Shown: positions 12,101 through 25,461 of the stretch, piece by piece
Layout: each line of letters begins with the position of its first letter
Numbering within the stretch: the first letter of the stretch is position 1
Program-made: the position numbers and the translations under genes
NCBI GenBank assembly: GCA_013115145.1
Contig: JAAPAO010000064.1
Span: 1-64,000, forward strand
Reading direction: 5' to 3'
Length of the DNA: 64,000 nucleotides
Origin: Perkinsus chesapeaki ATCC PRA-425
Lineage: Eukaryota; Protista; Perkinsozoa
The notes under the pieces: model-generated
Databases searched by the model: none
What the model was told of the DNA's origin: nothing
What the model saw: the letters and a program-made list of their open reading frames with translations, nothing else

Positions 12101-13950
12101 GTCTAGGAATACAATAAGGCAATGTGGCCCTGTATACCTTTGGATGCCCCGAATCCCCTATAGTTCCACAGCACCACACCGTAGCCAAGGCCAAGGTAGA
12201 AGTCCAGCCATTCATGTTGGTAGACAGCACACTCATAGTAACCAGCATTAGGGTTACACCATACAATCACCTGACCAGACTTAGGGGAGACAGCGCCGCC
12301 GACACAACACCTTCCACCTTATTTTCAAGGAGGTGGGCGCCGGATTCTGGGCTGCTCTCGGGCAAGCTCTGCTGGCGGTAAGAAGGAATGTAAACCCCGT
12401 CGAGCTTCTCCGCAGTGAAGGAGCGGGCGTGGTATCTGGTGAGAGCTCTTGGAGGGCCACTGCGAGGCCGACGGTTACCTGTTGATGAGTTCACTTCGCA
12501 AGTGATAGAGGCTTCCGAGCAACTGCGGTTTAAAGGACTTCCGCAAGTTACTCAGGACAGTCTCGGAGTCATCATCGCTGCCAAGCAGTCTGAGCAGAGA
12601 CGGTACAAGGATAAGGCCAGGAGCTTTACCTATCGCAGTCGCGAAGAGCCTCCATAGGTCTGGCTAGATCGTGCTTGGTCTTGTCAAATTTGACCCAGTG
12701 GTGGGCGAACTCTCCTCGGCACATGTACCTTAGCGGTTGGTAAAGATTATAACTAATAGCATATACGATGATAGGGGTGCAGCAAATGGCAGAAGGAGTT
12801 TCGAAACTCCATGGAGAATTAAGTCGATATAATGGCATTCGACGAGTTACTGAACAATGTTCCATATGATCAGCAGTTAAGCGAAGCCCCAGCTAAGAAG
12901 TATGCCTAGTTGGCCTTCCCAATGCGGTTGGATTTGAGGCCTGCTTTCAAGGTGCTCGGGAGCTTCCCCCACAAACGTAAGTCTCGAGATTCCGCGGGCT
13001 AGAGTGGGTATGAGATAGGCACGAAGGGAGATGACAGCGTAGTAATCACATTGCACTATTTATATAGGCCGATGGCGATTTGCCCGAATTATGATAGACT
13101 GACTCCAGATACCAACTCACTCTTTGAATGACATCTTCTTAGATCCCCCAACTTCCAGCCTAGTCGCTTGCATCCAATCCGAGAGTTCCTTCAAGGCATC
13201 TCTAAGCTCCTGCTGGTCCTCAGTGAGTGTCACCTGACAGCAGACTGTGTCGATTGTCCCTGGGTGGACTCTACCCCAAGGTTGTTGGTCTGGTCGTCGA
13301 AGTTGCGGAGGAGGCCTTCAATCATGAACACTGCTGTCTGAGGCCGAGTAGCCTGCTCAGGACGGGTGCATCTGGAGGACAGGAGAAATGGACGAGAACC
13401 ATCGGTGCGGTCGTCCCAATACATTTGCGCCAACTCGAAGATGAGGAGACGCCGGAATTGATGGTAAGGCTTAGGGCAGACACTACCCTCATGAGAATGC
13501 AGAGGCCACGTTTCTGCTATCAGACGGCATAGCGGCCATGCCCCGAATGGATTGTTATGAAGCCGTAGAAGGCAGACTTCCTGTAGAAGGTAGAGGGTAG
13601 AGCATTGTTGAAGATTTCATGCGAGCTTTGACGCGCACCCTGGCTACCTGTTGTCGAGGAATGCTCTGAGGTCATCGAAGAGGGGTACACATTGGTTGGA
13701 GAACTCCTCACCTAGAAAGATGGAACGATTGTCGTCGGTAAGGTGGGAATATAATTAATAGGAAATAATGAGACCCGTTGAGAGCTCGGACATGAGCGGA
13801 TGGCGAGCAAACACAGCATCGTGAGAGAGTTGTCTCGGTCTTATCGAGCCGGTAAGAGACTAGTGACAGCAATACCGACCGCATAGATAGGCCCAAGTAG
13901 ATTAGAGGTGACACTTCATAGAAGATGGGAAGGAAGAATGACTTCCCCCA
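9153..13950 (-). CDS. large alpha/beta-hydrolase (ABHD16/ABHD12-like serine hydrolase), many exons; 5' end approximate
   Basis: Exon near 12130-12266 reads VIVWCNPNAGYYECAVYQHEWLDFYLGLGYGVVLWNYRGFGASKG; nucleophile HGRSIGG and VADRSF near 11500-11620; VWGS exon near 10040; C-terminal CGHN putative catalytic His near 9285; GT-AG introns throughout. Confidence 0.8.
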
Positions 13951-14997
13951 CAGAAGTTGGGACCCGACGTGGACTCATTCGGAAATTCCGCAGAATTCAT
14001 GAAAAAACGTCACAAGTCCGCGACACAGGTTTCCACTAGGTGGTGACTCTTCTCTTATGATGTCACTAGAAATATCCTTCCGAGTTGGGAGCAGCACTGG
14101 ACCGGTCCCATTTACTACAATATGCAGCTTCCGTCCTGCGCCTCCACAGCAAAGTGCTGCCGGGGAACACCAAAGCTAGAGCGACAAACCTGGGCGAAAG
14201 TTGTGGAAAGAGCGGTATGAGAAATTATAGTAGTACTTGACAATAAACCACAAGGCTATCAATTGAAGGAATAAAGTCAACCATAAGGGGATGAACTTGC
14301 AAGCAATCCATGTCACAAATATGAAGTTAACAAGTAGTACCTGAAAGCGCCATAGCTACCGACTCGATCACCGCGCATGTTTCGCTTGTGCCAACTCCAC
14401 AAGTAGATAAACGTCTAGCTTAGTAGACTTCGACGGAGCGTGGGAATATGATACAACATGGCACGAAATAGGACAGGAAATGCGCACATGTGGTGGCCAC
14501 CATGAAGGAATGCACTTTCAGTACTACTGACGCGCTGGTCTATATATGAAACCAATAATAAATATAGCCTCAATAGAGGAAACCATTGTGGAGTAGATCG
14601 GATGAGTTTGATAGCCGTTTTCCAGTTCTGCCCTGAAATTCGCCTTCTGTATTATTACGAGGTCTCTAATAGACCGTTCTTTGCATTACCGTTAGAATGA
14701 CAATTATAACAACAAGCAGCCACGGGCTCTCCTCCTTCAGCTCCTTCACTATCCTATTTAACTGATGCCATTTATACCGCAAGTGGCCGGTGTGGTATCT
14801 CAGGAAGGACACTGCCCTCTGATGTGCTCTATCAAGATAAAGGGACATTACAAAACTAATACTATTCACAACTACAACACAACTCATTCGGTCGGAGTGT
14901 GGAAATACGATCAGCATTCAATATTTATCCGCAGCTGCTGCTGCCCACCAAAGCTGCTAGACGGACGTTCGCCAGCCCCTCTGAATGGCCTCTTCCT

Positions 14998-16558
14998 TCA
15001 CCATCGCTCTCCACTACCCCACCCCCCAGCGTAGCCCTGATTGCCCTGATAGCCACCGCCAGTCTGTGGTTGCTGCTGCCAGCCACCCATTGCAGGTTGC
15101 TGCTGCCATCCACCGTCGTTCTGTTGCCAGTTGTTGTTGTTGTACTGCCCGGGGCCGCCCCAACTCCGATCGCCTCCGTTCCAGCTCTGATCACTGCCGC
15201 CCCAATCATTTCGTCTGGGGCTCCGAGATCGACTCCGTCTCCTCTGGATGCCAACACCATAGGAATCGGTAGCGCTCTCGACAATCCTTCTGATCTGGGC
15301 GTTCGCGAAGGCAGACACATTTCGGTAAGTGCCATCCCGGGCACCGGTGGCGAGACTGTCGGCCTCCAGGGAAGGTATGCGGCCCGCCAACACATCGTCC
15401 AAGTCGGCGATAGACAGCAGTCGTCGCAGCAAATCACCGATCCTGTCGTCCACAGTGGCCCGCTGAACCCAGGCGGTGACACCGTTCTCGAGCTCTGTTA
15501 TAGATGGTAAGGTGGTGTGATCCTGGTCTTTGCCAAGGGCCATGTTTCGGGCCTCCTCCCAAGTACTAGCGTTCCTCACTGCATCCATGGCCGAGGCCGC
15601 CGAGCAGCCAGACAGCAGGATCCCTCGGATCTTGTCTGGGGCGCCCTGCTCCTCTAGGAAGGACCACACGCGACTAGAAGCTCTCTCAAGTGAGCAGTCG
15701 CAGCCCGGGCCCTTATTGACAGACCTAAAGCGTGTCTGCCTGAATGGCTCATGAAAGGAGCCCTTTCCTTTCCCCTTCCCCTTGCCGCTGCCCTTCCCTT
15801 TGCCTCCCTTTCCAGGAGAGCCTCTATGAGGTATCAGAAGCTCCTTAACAGCAGCGGTCACCACACTGCTGGGATTGCGGGCGGTTTCGATCCGAGATCG
15901 GTCGACTGCGGTATGATGGAAAATAAAGGGGACAGACAATGCAATTGGGACTTCGAACTTAAGGAATTTCTCGCAAGCCTCATCAAGGCCGTATTCTTGG
16001 CAGAACTCATCGATCATAACCATGATCATAACCACGCTCATCTCGGCCATGGCGCGCCCGCGGTCTCGCTGAAACGAAAAAGGATAATTTCGCGGCGCGT
16101 GACGGTACGAGAAAGAAGGGCGTACATCAGATATTTCCTTGAGCCACGCCACGAAACCTTGCTTCGGAGATTTGTTTCCACCAGTGCCGTGTATAAGGAC
16201 TCTAAAACGCGGATGAAAAGCGTCGCGCGCCACAAAATTAATCGCGTACTGCTTAGTGGATAGTTCCGAAACGAGCCTTCCAGTAGCGTTATGCGATCCG
16301 TCGAGGTCCGTAAGGGTCGAATGATCCGAGAGAACAAGTTCCCAGCAGGAGTGGGCCGGTATCGAGCACCTGGAGTCGGAATCGCGCTCAGGTGTGGCCT
16401 CGTCGAGTTGGGTACCTCAACATGTCATCGCCGGTTTGACCTATCTGGTATTTGTCTACAAACTCATCAATCGCTACGAGAAGTGAGCCGGCGGGGGGCG
16501 TCTCGTTCGCGTATTGATAGTAGTTCGACGGCGGCTCCGTTGTGAACTGGACGACCAT
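14998..16558 (-). CDS. hypothetical protein with repeated helical (hnRNP-Q acidic-domain-like) units, RS motif and G/Q/W-rich low-complexity tail (paralogue A, 3 introns)
   Basis: Introns 16370-16415, 16202-16249, 16069-16125 restore colinearity with paralogue B; units IDEF...LD..C...L...RNPS; tail RRRSRSRSPRR, GGWQQQP. Confidence 0.75.
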
Positions 16559-16679
16559 AAGTGAAGGGAAAAGAAGCCGTAAAATCGGGGGCCGCTGACT
16601 GCAGCACATCAATGACAACACCGACCAATGCTAAACTCAATGACAACTACCACTGGAAAACTTAAATCATATATTTCAA

Positions 16680-17600
16680 CTAATCCCACCCGCGGTTAGA
16701 TCGACGCGGAGGAGGCGCGGCGTCTCGGTTACCATAGCCCTGCTGAGTGGCCGGCGGTGGTCCCGATGCACCGCCTTTACCAAAGCCCTTACCAGACCCT
16801 TTGCCCATGAACGCCGGCGGACCTTGTTGAAACGAGGGACCGCCTCCCTTAGAGGAAGGGAACCTCTCCTCGTTGCCACCAAAGCGGCCTGCCATTGGAG
16901 GAGCATCAAAGCCCGATAGCGGCGGTCCTCGACCCGGAGGGGTGCGAGATCTCTCTCGAGCCTGTGGTGGGCGGCGCCTGTCCATAGGCCTGCCTTGTTG
17001 TTGCTGTTGCCCCCACTGCTCTTGCTGCTGCTGCTGCTGCTGCTGAACTTTCCCTGTAATAGTCTTCCCCCTTAGCTCCTTCATCACATACGCGCTGGGG
17101 TTGTGGCTGGACTTTAAGATGGCATGGTCCCTCGATGCCAAGGTGTAGACGATAGCGGCAACCTCGGTGCATGGCACGGAAAACTTAAGGGCCTTCTCGC
17201 AGGAGTAGTCCAACCGGTACTCCTCGACAAACTCATCAATCATAACCATCACCATCGCTACACTGAGCTCAGATATCGCCCGGGGCCGGTCTCTATCGGT
17301 GATGCGGTCGAGCCAGCCGACGATGCCGCTCTTGGGCGACTTGCTCCCCTCTTGCCCGTGTATCAGCGCCCCTGCTTTATTGAGCTCCTTGATGACCCGC
17401 GCTGGAGGGTTGGCTGCGCGTTCCAGCTGAAGGCCGGGAAGATCTCCGACGACCTGGAAGCATCCCTGGGCGCTGGCGCTGCAGCGTAGGGCTGTATCGC
17501 AGCTTCTGTCGAGATTGAAGCGCTCTACCAAGTCGTCGATTAGAAGAAGGAGATCCCCCGGAGGCGGGAGGGGGGATGGGACGGCGGCGGCGGCGACCAT
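16680..17600 (-). CDS. intronless paralogue B of the gene at 14998-16558; Q/G/P/R-rich tail
   Basis: LIHGQEGSKSPKSGIVGWLDRITDRDRPRAISELSVAMVMVMIDEF aligns to LIHGTGGNKSPKQGFVAWLKEISDRDRGRAMAEMSVVMIMVMIDEF; likely ATG 17600. Confidence 0.75.
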   Translation of the reverse strand: MVAAAAVPSPLPPPGDLLLLIDDLVERFNLDRSCDTALRCSASAQGCFQVVGDLPGLQLERAANPPARVIKELNKAGALIHGQEGSKSPKSGIVGWLDRITDRDRPRAISELSVAMVMVMIDEFVEEYRLDYSCEKALKFSVPCTEVAAIVYTLASRDHAILKSSHNPSAYVMKELRGKTITGKVQQQQQQQQEQWGQQQQQGRPMDRRRPPQARERSRTPPGRGPPLSGFDAPPMAGRFGGNEERFPSSKGGGPSFQQGPPAFMGKGSGKGFGKGGASGPPPATQQGYGNRDAAPPPRRSNRGWD

Positions 17601-17670
17601 GGGATACTCAAATACTGACGAAAGGGATGCAGCCGATGGACCAAAACGCGGAAGAGAATCTGCCGTGAAA

Positions 17671-19043
17671 TCAATAGCGCATTGCAAGTTTGATAATACG
17701 TTGAGGGGAGTCCAACAAGGAAGCCTTGAAGCGGCTCTAAACAGGTAGACTATGGCCGATGCTCCCACCAAGGCCATCGAGGCTTACCCTCAGTCGAGGC
17801 TCCATGGCCTCCCACTTGCCCAGTATCCGGTCCACGGCCGCCTTGTAGTTCGCCTCTGATCGGTATCCGTATCTGAGTTGGCCCTGGATGGCAGCCAGAT
17901 CAGGTCCCAGACTAGGCCCTACGCTCGTCTCAGGGTCCCCTCAGCATCGGCCATGAGGTTCCTTGGTAGCTCGAAGGCATCAACAAGTCTATCTACAACT
18001 CTCTCGGCCTCATCCACCGTCACGTGACACGTACTAGCCTCCATAGGTTCCCGAATCAACCTCTGAAATATCTTCCAGATCGCCTCGCACGCCCATTCGA
18101 TACCTCTATAGCGATATGATCCGACTGGTACTTCACAGGCTTCTTCCCATGCCGTTTTATCCCGCTGTACGGCTGGGCCGCGGCGAACCGAGACAGCTTG
18201 TCGTAAAGCAACCGCAAACACGTCAAGGCTTTCCGCTTGCGAATTCCGTTCCCTACAGCCGCCCTCGTTCCAACCCCTAGCCCTTCAGGACTCACCTGGC
18301 AGTTCCCCTATATGGTCCATAGCTGCCTCGAACCTATCTCCGAGGCCTGACTGTCCCGACCTCCCCGGCAAGCTTACCGAGGTAAAGCGATTTTCACCGC
18401 GGCTCTGGCACTGGAATGAGTCTCATCAGGGAGGAGCGAAGGCTGAGGACAAACCCAGTAAGGGTCGGCAGGAGCCACCAAAAGGCAGGAAGCTACCGTC
18501 GGGTAAGCATCCAACGCAGCGTTCATGAAGGCCATCGACCTCCCTAACTCGGCGGCCAGCTTGACGTTGGTCGGCCCCGCAGTGCCGGTCTCGAAGTTCT
18601 CCATATGCTCTATTATAATACGCATGTGGTCCTGACCCAGTACTCCTCGTGATCTGGGGAAGGAGCGGTAGTACCTTATAGTAGCTGGGGGAGTCGAAGA
18701 TCTCTAGGGTTAGGTCAGGATCGAAACCATCTCCGGAGCCTGTCGTTGTCGAATCCGCGGATCGTCCTCGTTTCTTCGATACAGGTCGGCCGGGCTTTCG
18801 AGTGGCCCTGAGCTCGGGTTAGGAGGGCCTAGTGTTCGGCCTACTTGGGAGGGGTGGGCCGGTTCGCGGGAAGTTCACCGTAGAGGGATCGGAAGCGGTC
18901 TAGTCGAGCCTGGTTGTCGTCGATTTGCCACTTAAGGGCTTCGCCGTTTGGGTCTGCGATAGAGTGATTCAGAGCGAATCGGAGAGTGTCAGGCTACCGA
19001 GTTCCGATGAATCTTTCGCGGTGGGGCGCGTGACGCTACTCAT
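17671..19043 (-). CDS. hypothetical multi-exon protein
   Basis: Open exons bounded by GT-AG (MSSVTRPTAKDSSEL...; MRIIIEHMENFETG...; EWACEAIWKIFQRL...; ...RIIKLAMRY*); no family recognised. Confidence 0.45.
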
Positions 19044-20469
19044 TACAAAAATGCTGTCGCAGTGGCGTTATAGAGGAGACCATTTTCGCACCCCGGGACG
19101 CTGCTCGTAAAGGCCGGTGGAACGCGGTGAGCTCCAACGGCACGCAGGCGCTAGTTACAGCGGAGCGAAGCGATTCAGATTTGCCATTTTCAACCTGCGC
19201 AAAATCCCTAATTGGATTTGGCACTTTAGCAGAGGTATGCCCACACAGCTACCCCCATCCAAGCTCCCTCCTAAGGTCGACTTAACCCATAGGAGCTGCC
19301 TGGTCTCGGAGAACTCCAAAATAGCTTGTAACGATCCAGTAGTATTACGTTGGTTTCATTCAGAAACTAGGTATTAGGGACTTCAATGCGGATGGGGAAG
19401 ATGGGCTAAGGTTTGGCGAGACTGCACTGGTGAGTTACATAGGTACGATTAATCGGTAACGTTAAACTGACATCCCTTTCTGGGCAGCTCTGAATTTACC
19501 AAAGCTACCTTTGGTTGGAGAAAGGCGTTGTACTAGTAGGATTCCTCGTGAATCTGAGCTCCAAATATCATATCTCGAAGAACGTCTGGCAAGGGTGCGC
19601 ATTGACACGTCCGTACTAGAGCCTCTGGGACTGCTAGTATATAATAACTCTCAAAGCTCATATTGAAGAGGCGGCAAAATATTCCACTTGACAGATAGCT
19701 CATGAAGCACCCTCCTGCTGTATTAGGTCTCTACAGTCTCGCCCAACCCTACGGATAAGGTGTGGAGCTGTCTTGTAGAAAAGGATGATAACACCTGTGA
19801 GATAGAACAGTACAGTGTCTCACTTGACGGGGCCGGCTGATAGGTATAATAGTGCCGGACTACTACTTGGTGGAGATTGACGATACCTCTAATGAATGGG
19901 TCAAACCTAGGCAGCTGTTCGTGGCCCTTAATAACTCCAAAGCTGCACAATATAATCATATAAATATGTAATATACCCAAGTTGACCTATTTTGTATCTT
20001 AATCGATTTTATAAACAGCGTTGTAAAATACCGTTATATCGGACCTACCCAACATACACTTCCTTGCACAGTAGACTAGCCTACTTATCGCTCGCACTAG
20101 AGGATATCGAAAATGATATACACCGTCGGCGTTCACCAAAGGCCACCAAGAGTATTAATGTGGCACGTGGTTCATGTTGTATCGATGCGAATTCTAGAAT
20201 CTAAAGCACCATCCTCGACCACGAAGAACAAGTACTTAATGTTAGTTACACGGGTAGAGTGTATCGTTATCATTACAGTGAAGCCCACAAGCCTAATATG
20301 TGGTTCATGGAGGACTTGACAGTATCCACCAAAGCTCAACGGGTGTGGGGATGGACTAATATAGGTAATATGACGAAGTCGGACGGAAGGTTACTTATTT
20401 CGGTTAGATAACGTCATAGTTGCCCCGCACAAGTCGGCAACGGAAGTTAATTATCCTTTGATAGCTCGT

Positions 20470-23400
20470 CAGTGTAAGATATATTCGCGAAGATACGCCG
20501 TGCGCACTCGGAAGATTTTAGATCTTGGCAAGCTTCAAAGTTCAGCAGCTTCTATATTGAGCTCGTCGGAGGCTGTGGGGAAGTTCCGTGAGCTGGCGTT
20601 TGATCGGGTCTGTCTGGCCGTGTCGTCTTATAGCCCCACGGAGCGGGAGCCCTCGGGACTGCAGGCAAGTCGATGCGACCAGCGTATCGTTGGTGACCGG
20701 TTGATTAGGTTAATGAGCACGACTTTGTGTATGTGAAGGATTGTCTGTGGGATATAGCAGGTAGAGAGAGGTGCGCACTGGGAAGAATTATAAGATACTT
20801 TGTAGGATGCGGGTTTGCGTATGGGCATAAGAAGGACTGTCTAGAGGAGGGGTGGATACCCACAAGGTGTCTAGTGAACCTTGATATGGTAGGTTGTGGA
20901 GGAAGACCCTAGTAGAGTGACGAACTTCTGGGACTGCCAACAATTAAGAAACGTTCCCTCAAACTTCCCTGCAAAGGAGAAGCCGCTTGGTAGCAGAATG
21001 ATACACTTGAACGCCGTTGAATCCATAGAGGATTTTTGGTACTTAGAACCCATGTGAGGATTGGTTCATAATTGAAAGTTGGCATATGGTCTGAGGCGTT
21101 TTTGTTGTAGGTACGGACAGCCCGTAGAGGGGGGAAGACTTGGCAGTATGCAGTGATATACGAGGAGGACGCTCTAGCTGATGGAAAGAGGAAAATAATG
21201 TAATAGTGGCGGTCAGGTCATTAGTACAGAGGTCCGCATCTCTGTCAAATGGGTATGAAAATTCGAATCTCCGTGAAGCCATTACCAGGGATGTGTACAC
21301 CACAGCAGGAGCGGTGGTGAAGGCCACCACCAGTTGCAGGTGGTGCAGATAAAAGTGGATAATCCATCAATGAAGGAATTTTCAACGAGCTTGTAGATTG
21401 CCAACACCAATGCCAAACATAATTGGCATTTCAGGGCGAAAATTGCGCACCGGGGAATAGTAGTAGGTGTATCTCTTGGATGGTGACGTCTTCCTCTTCT
21501 GCAGGGCTGCCCATGTTACTGACAAAGGAGCCGTTGGAGCTCCAGAATCGATAATCGTTAATGATAAGGGAGAGGATATCGCCTTACATCGCCACACGCA
21601 GCGGCATCATCGGAGCCGAACTACCAGTACTCGACCTGTGGCTCAGAGGGCGGCCGCGGTCGTGTGAGAGTTTCTTACTTTCCGAGTTGGTTGGGTTTCA
21701 AGACAATACGGGGCTGAGGCGTTCCTTTAAGATGTCTGTTGTTGATGATGATGATGATGTTCTGTCCCGTTGTAGCTCTGTCCAAGAGTTCTTCCTTCCC
21801 TACAAGCACAGAGCAGCGGTGGTGATTCAGAGGTATATAAGGGAGCGATGGAAGTTGAAGGAAAGTGGTGGGAAATGGTTGCCGATATAATGGTGATAAT
21901 TGCCTGTGTTGGTTAGCGACTCTCCCGTGGTGGATAGAGTACGGGGTGAACTGTAGGGAATCAGTGCCGTTAGAGAGTAGGATGAAGGCGGCTGTTGTTA
22001 TACAGAGGAGGTAGGAAGGGAATTGTGGACAGAATGGCAGATGTGTGCCATACTATCGTACCCCATCAGAACTGCCTTTGATGTCATCTTATAAGCCTTT
22101 AGGTAGCTAAGGCTCCGATGTCTCTGCCGTCTGTCTTGATGTCCTGTACTATATTAATTTGGTCTTGCCTTTTACTAATTAGATCTCGAATAGGAGTACA
22201 GCATTTGGCTCCGTTCGCATATGCAGCTCATCCCGAAGATATTCACCGCCGTATACTGTGTACGCTCGAAATAATGTACTGTGGTGAAGGCCACGAAGCT
22301 GCATTCGGTCGGGCGGCGAAACGTTAGTAGCTCAGGACTTATGAATTTCAATATTTGTGTCGCAGTAATGCAAGTATCAGGTTCCGTTGGTATCTTCACG
22401 AGCTTCTAGCCACGAGGCGGATGCGGTATCTAAGGTAGATCTATGAATTTCACCGCTTGCCCCGCAGCACTCGGCAGGTACTATGAACAGCATGGTGAAT
22501 TGATGCCGTACGATGAACAACGGAGGAGGCAGCCTTTGGACTTTGCCCGGAGAAGACAGCTGATGTAAGTGTCTGATGGTTACAGCCGGTCACGTTTTCC
22601 TAGGACGGAATCATGTACAAAGCTGCAGAGATGGTTCCGAGCAGTACGACGAGATCGACAGATGGTAGCTCAGTTGGGTTTTTTTGTCGGTTCTTTTTTG
22701 CATTCCCTCAGTCTGACGGCGTCCGTAACAAGCTAACACTGTCCTGGGACCTTAGCAGCATGCGTGCAGTTCGGAGGGGGTCTATGAAGGCCACATTGTG
22801 AGTCGCTGTGATGGGTTGTTCTATTTGATTTGGCTGGTCTTAGTATTTGTCGCAGAGCAAAGAAGGTGGCTACGAAGGAAGAAGCAAAAATGAGGTAGCG
22901 ATTAATCATGGAGTTCGTTTCTGGAGATGGATACCTTAGGTCGGGTCCCGAGGCCAAACGACAGCGAACAGTGGTAGCGTATCGCATCGCCTTATTATCA
23001 GGTTTAAGCGGTTCCAATTTAGGATCCATCGTGGTTCCTCTCGACTCCAAGCTACTTCTCTGTACTGTTTGAAGAGGTAAGGCTTCCGGGTGAATCGACT
23101 CCTGTGATGCTGTTCCAGGATGCGGCTGAGGCAGCTCCACATCATTCTGAAGAGAGAGGGAGGTAGGCCACTTTGTTGGTGGGATTAGGTAATCGCTCGA
23201 TTGTTGCGATTAGTTTCGGCAACAGCTACTATCTTGCCGCCGCCATATACCGTACCTGCTAGTCGAGCTCTTCTTTCGCCAATGCGATCGACTCTTGGGG
23301 CGATTCTGATAGGAGAGCGGCTTCATATAGTCTTCTCAACAACGCTTTTTTACTTTACGTATTTAAAGTTACTCCTCTTGTGCTTGATGATTTCGGACCA

Positions 23401-24650
23401 CAAGGCTGAACGGCAGACCGAACTAACCGTAAAATTTGTTTATTTTGCAGCAGCCTGAGGCGATCGGGATCTATCAGAGCGTTGAGGAGGGCCAAGACGG
23501 ACAGTCGTCTAAGGCTGTCGTCGGTGAGTTGCCTATCTCAACTGCTGCCTTTGTTACTCGGCATCAGGTATCTGCGGAGAGCGCATCCTACCAAATAGAA
23601 AAGCAGCGGGAAGCTGGTGAGCTTCCTCTTGCATCTCCTTCTTACGCCGTTTTGTTCAGACTTGGTGGATGAGGTTGCCTGTGGGACAGCGGTGGTGCTA
23701 CGAGGAAGCCCTCCTCGACTGGATGGGCCTCGTCTTGGGGTAGGCTTCATTATACCTTAGTAGGCCTATGCGTTGCTAGGTGAAGGTCGTCCAGAGGAGG
23801 TTGGGAAAGCTGGCCACTGCAGGGCCTGATATGGAGTGCATTGCTGCTGTGCTGCCCAGCTTAACTGTGAAGGGTGAGTTCTGGCGACAGCCATGAAGGA
23901 TTATCCCATACTAGGTCTCTATGAGGAGAGGGTCGGCCATGCTGTCGAGGAGGGAGACCGCTATCGCCCTGAAGAGCGAGAGGAAGAATGCAGAAGTCTG
24001 GCGAGTGGGGTGTGGATGGCAGCGGTGAAGGAGGTCTCCGGCCGGTACCGGGCGACTATACTTAGCGATATGTATCGGGAGGGCAGGTGAGACAACGGGG
24101 GCATGGTGGGAGGCGGGATGGCTGAGTTAGAGAACGGCAAAAGGAAGAGGAGGAGAGTGATGAAGGGGATGATAGGTCGATGAACGGAGTTGCCGAAGAG
24201 GGAGATGTTGAAGTAGGAGGGGCTAATGAGATATTGTTATCGGTTGGTATCAGGAGGTCCCAGCTGAAGAGTCGTGGCATTGTAGTAGCCTTGCTGAGGA
24301 GCTGCCAGAGGTTGAAGACACCATATGCCTGGAAGAAGCGTACGATGGTGCTTTATTTTTTGCATAGTCGATCGTGGTCTGCAGGGCCTGTCCTGTGGTC
24401 GAGTCTAATAAGGCTCCACGACAGGTGCTGCCTCCAAAGCTGCTCCTTCCCGGCCCTCCAGTACGCACTAGATTGGAGCTCTTGGCTCATCCTGCTTTCG
24501 GGCGTAGCTCCCTGTACTCGGTTTACTCAAGCAGGATACGATGAGGATCGGCTATCAACCTCGGAAGAATCTTTGAGCCGGCCAAGGGAGATGGCCGGGC
24601 TAATTGAGGTAGCTGAAATATGCCTCTTCCATGAAGGGTCTTATTGACCG
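20470..24650 (+). CDS. multi-exon protein with an SH3 domain and IQ motifs; boundaries uncertain, may be more than one gene
   Basis: Spliced 20590-20960 gives AVSSYSPTEREPSGLQVNEHDFVYV...GFAYG...EEGWIPTR (SH3-like); IQ-like AAVVIQRYIRERW (about 21810), KAAVVIQRR (about 21985), CTKLQRWFRAVRR (about 22612). Confidence 0.45.
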
Positions 24651-25461
24651 TCTTTATTGGCTTTGAACCTACAGCTGTCGACGACCGTGCTTGTGTTAGT
24701 CACTATTGTTGCGTTAAGTGTTGGTAACGGCTTCACCCGAGGTTATCACTAGGAGGACCTCAGGGATGGTGGCAGAGTTTATGAAACTCCCCCATGGGAC
24801 TCACGAATATCCGTTTCGCATGTAGAGGAGGAGTACTCTAGTATCTCACCTACCTCTTGCTCGCTGTATAGTTGACGATGTGAGCCACCGCTGAAAATTA
24901 AGGTACTTAGCTTTCGGACGCTGACACGGTGGAAGCTGTGGGTAACAGCTGAGGGTTGGACATCCCTGTTGAGGCTCGAATGCTTGAGCTAGAGCTGCGT
25001 AGAAGTTCAATGCGAAATGCTGTCCAGAATGTTCATGTTTCTGTATAATCGAAAGGATTAGTGGCAGCAGAGCGCGTCACAAAAATTGATAATGCGCGTC
25101 ACGCAACATTTCGGTGAAAGTTTCCCCTTAGTGAGGGGAGGTGAGTGGTTCAGGCAGCGTGCTCTCCCTGATTTTGGGCACCAACCAGAATACCTCAGTG
25201 GTTGAGTTCCACGAGGAAATCATGGCGCTTATCGAACACGGGGTTTATATTCTTTGGCGGCTTTTGAAGATCGATGAGCGGCGTGAACTTAATAGCCGCG
25301 GCAATCTTCCAGCTGTTCGATTTCTGGTATCGGATTTTTTTCCTAGAACGGATTCCTATTGGCCGGGTGACTTATTAGTGCTGAAATACAATTCTCATAG
25401 GCAGTCCTAAGTACCACTCTCTCCATCCATCAAGCCTTCTGCTTTATCCACCTTCCTCACC

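Noticed and set aside
12178-12197. ACCGTAGCCAAGGCCAAGGT resembling the perkinsid/dinoflagellate spliced leader
   Set aside because: Only the first 10 nt match and it is the antisense of the coding sequence GLGYGV; coincidental
10178-13900. Fragmented ORFs initially suggestive of a decayed retrotransposon
   Set aside because: They splice via GT-AG introns into one alpha/beta hydrolase; no RT, RNase H or integrase motifs
19100-20450. Short ORFs on both strands (e.g. 19723-19980, 19992-20204)
   Set aside because: No recognisable domain; could be upstream exons of the SH3/IQ gene but could not be joined reliably
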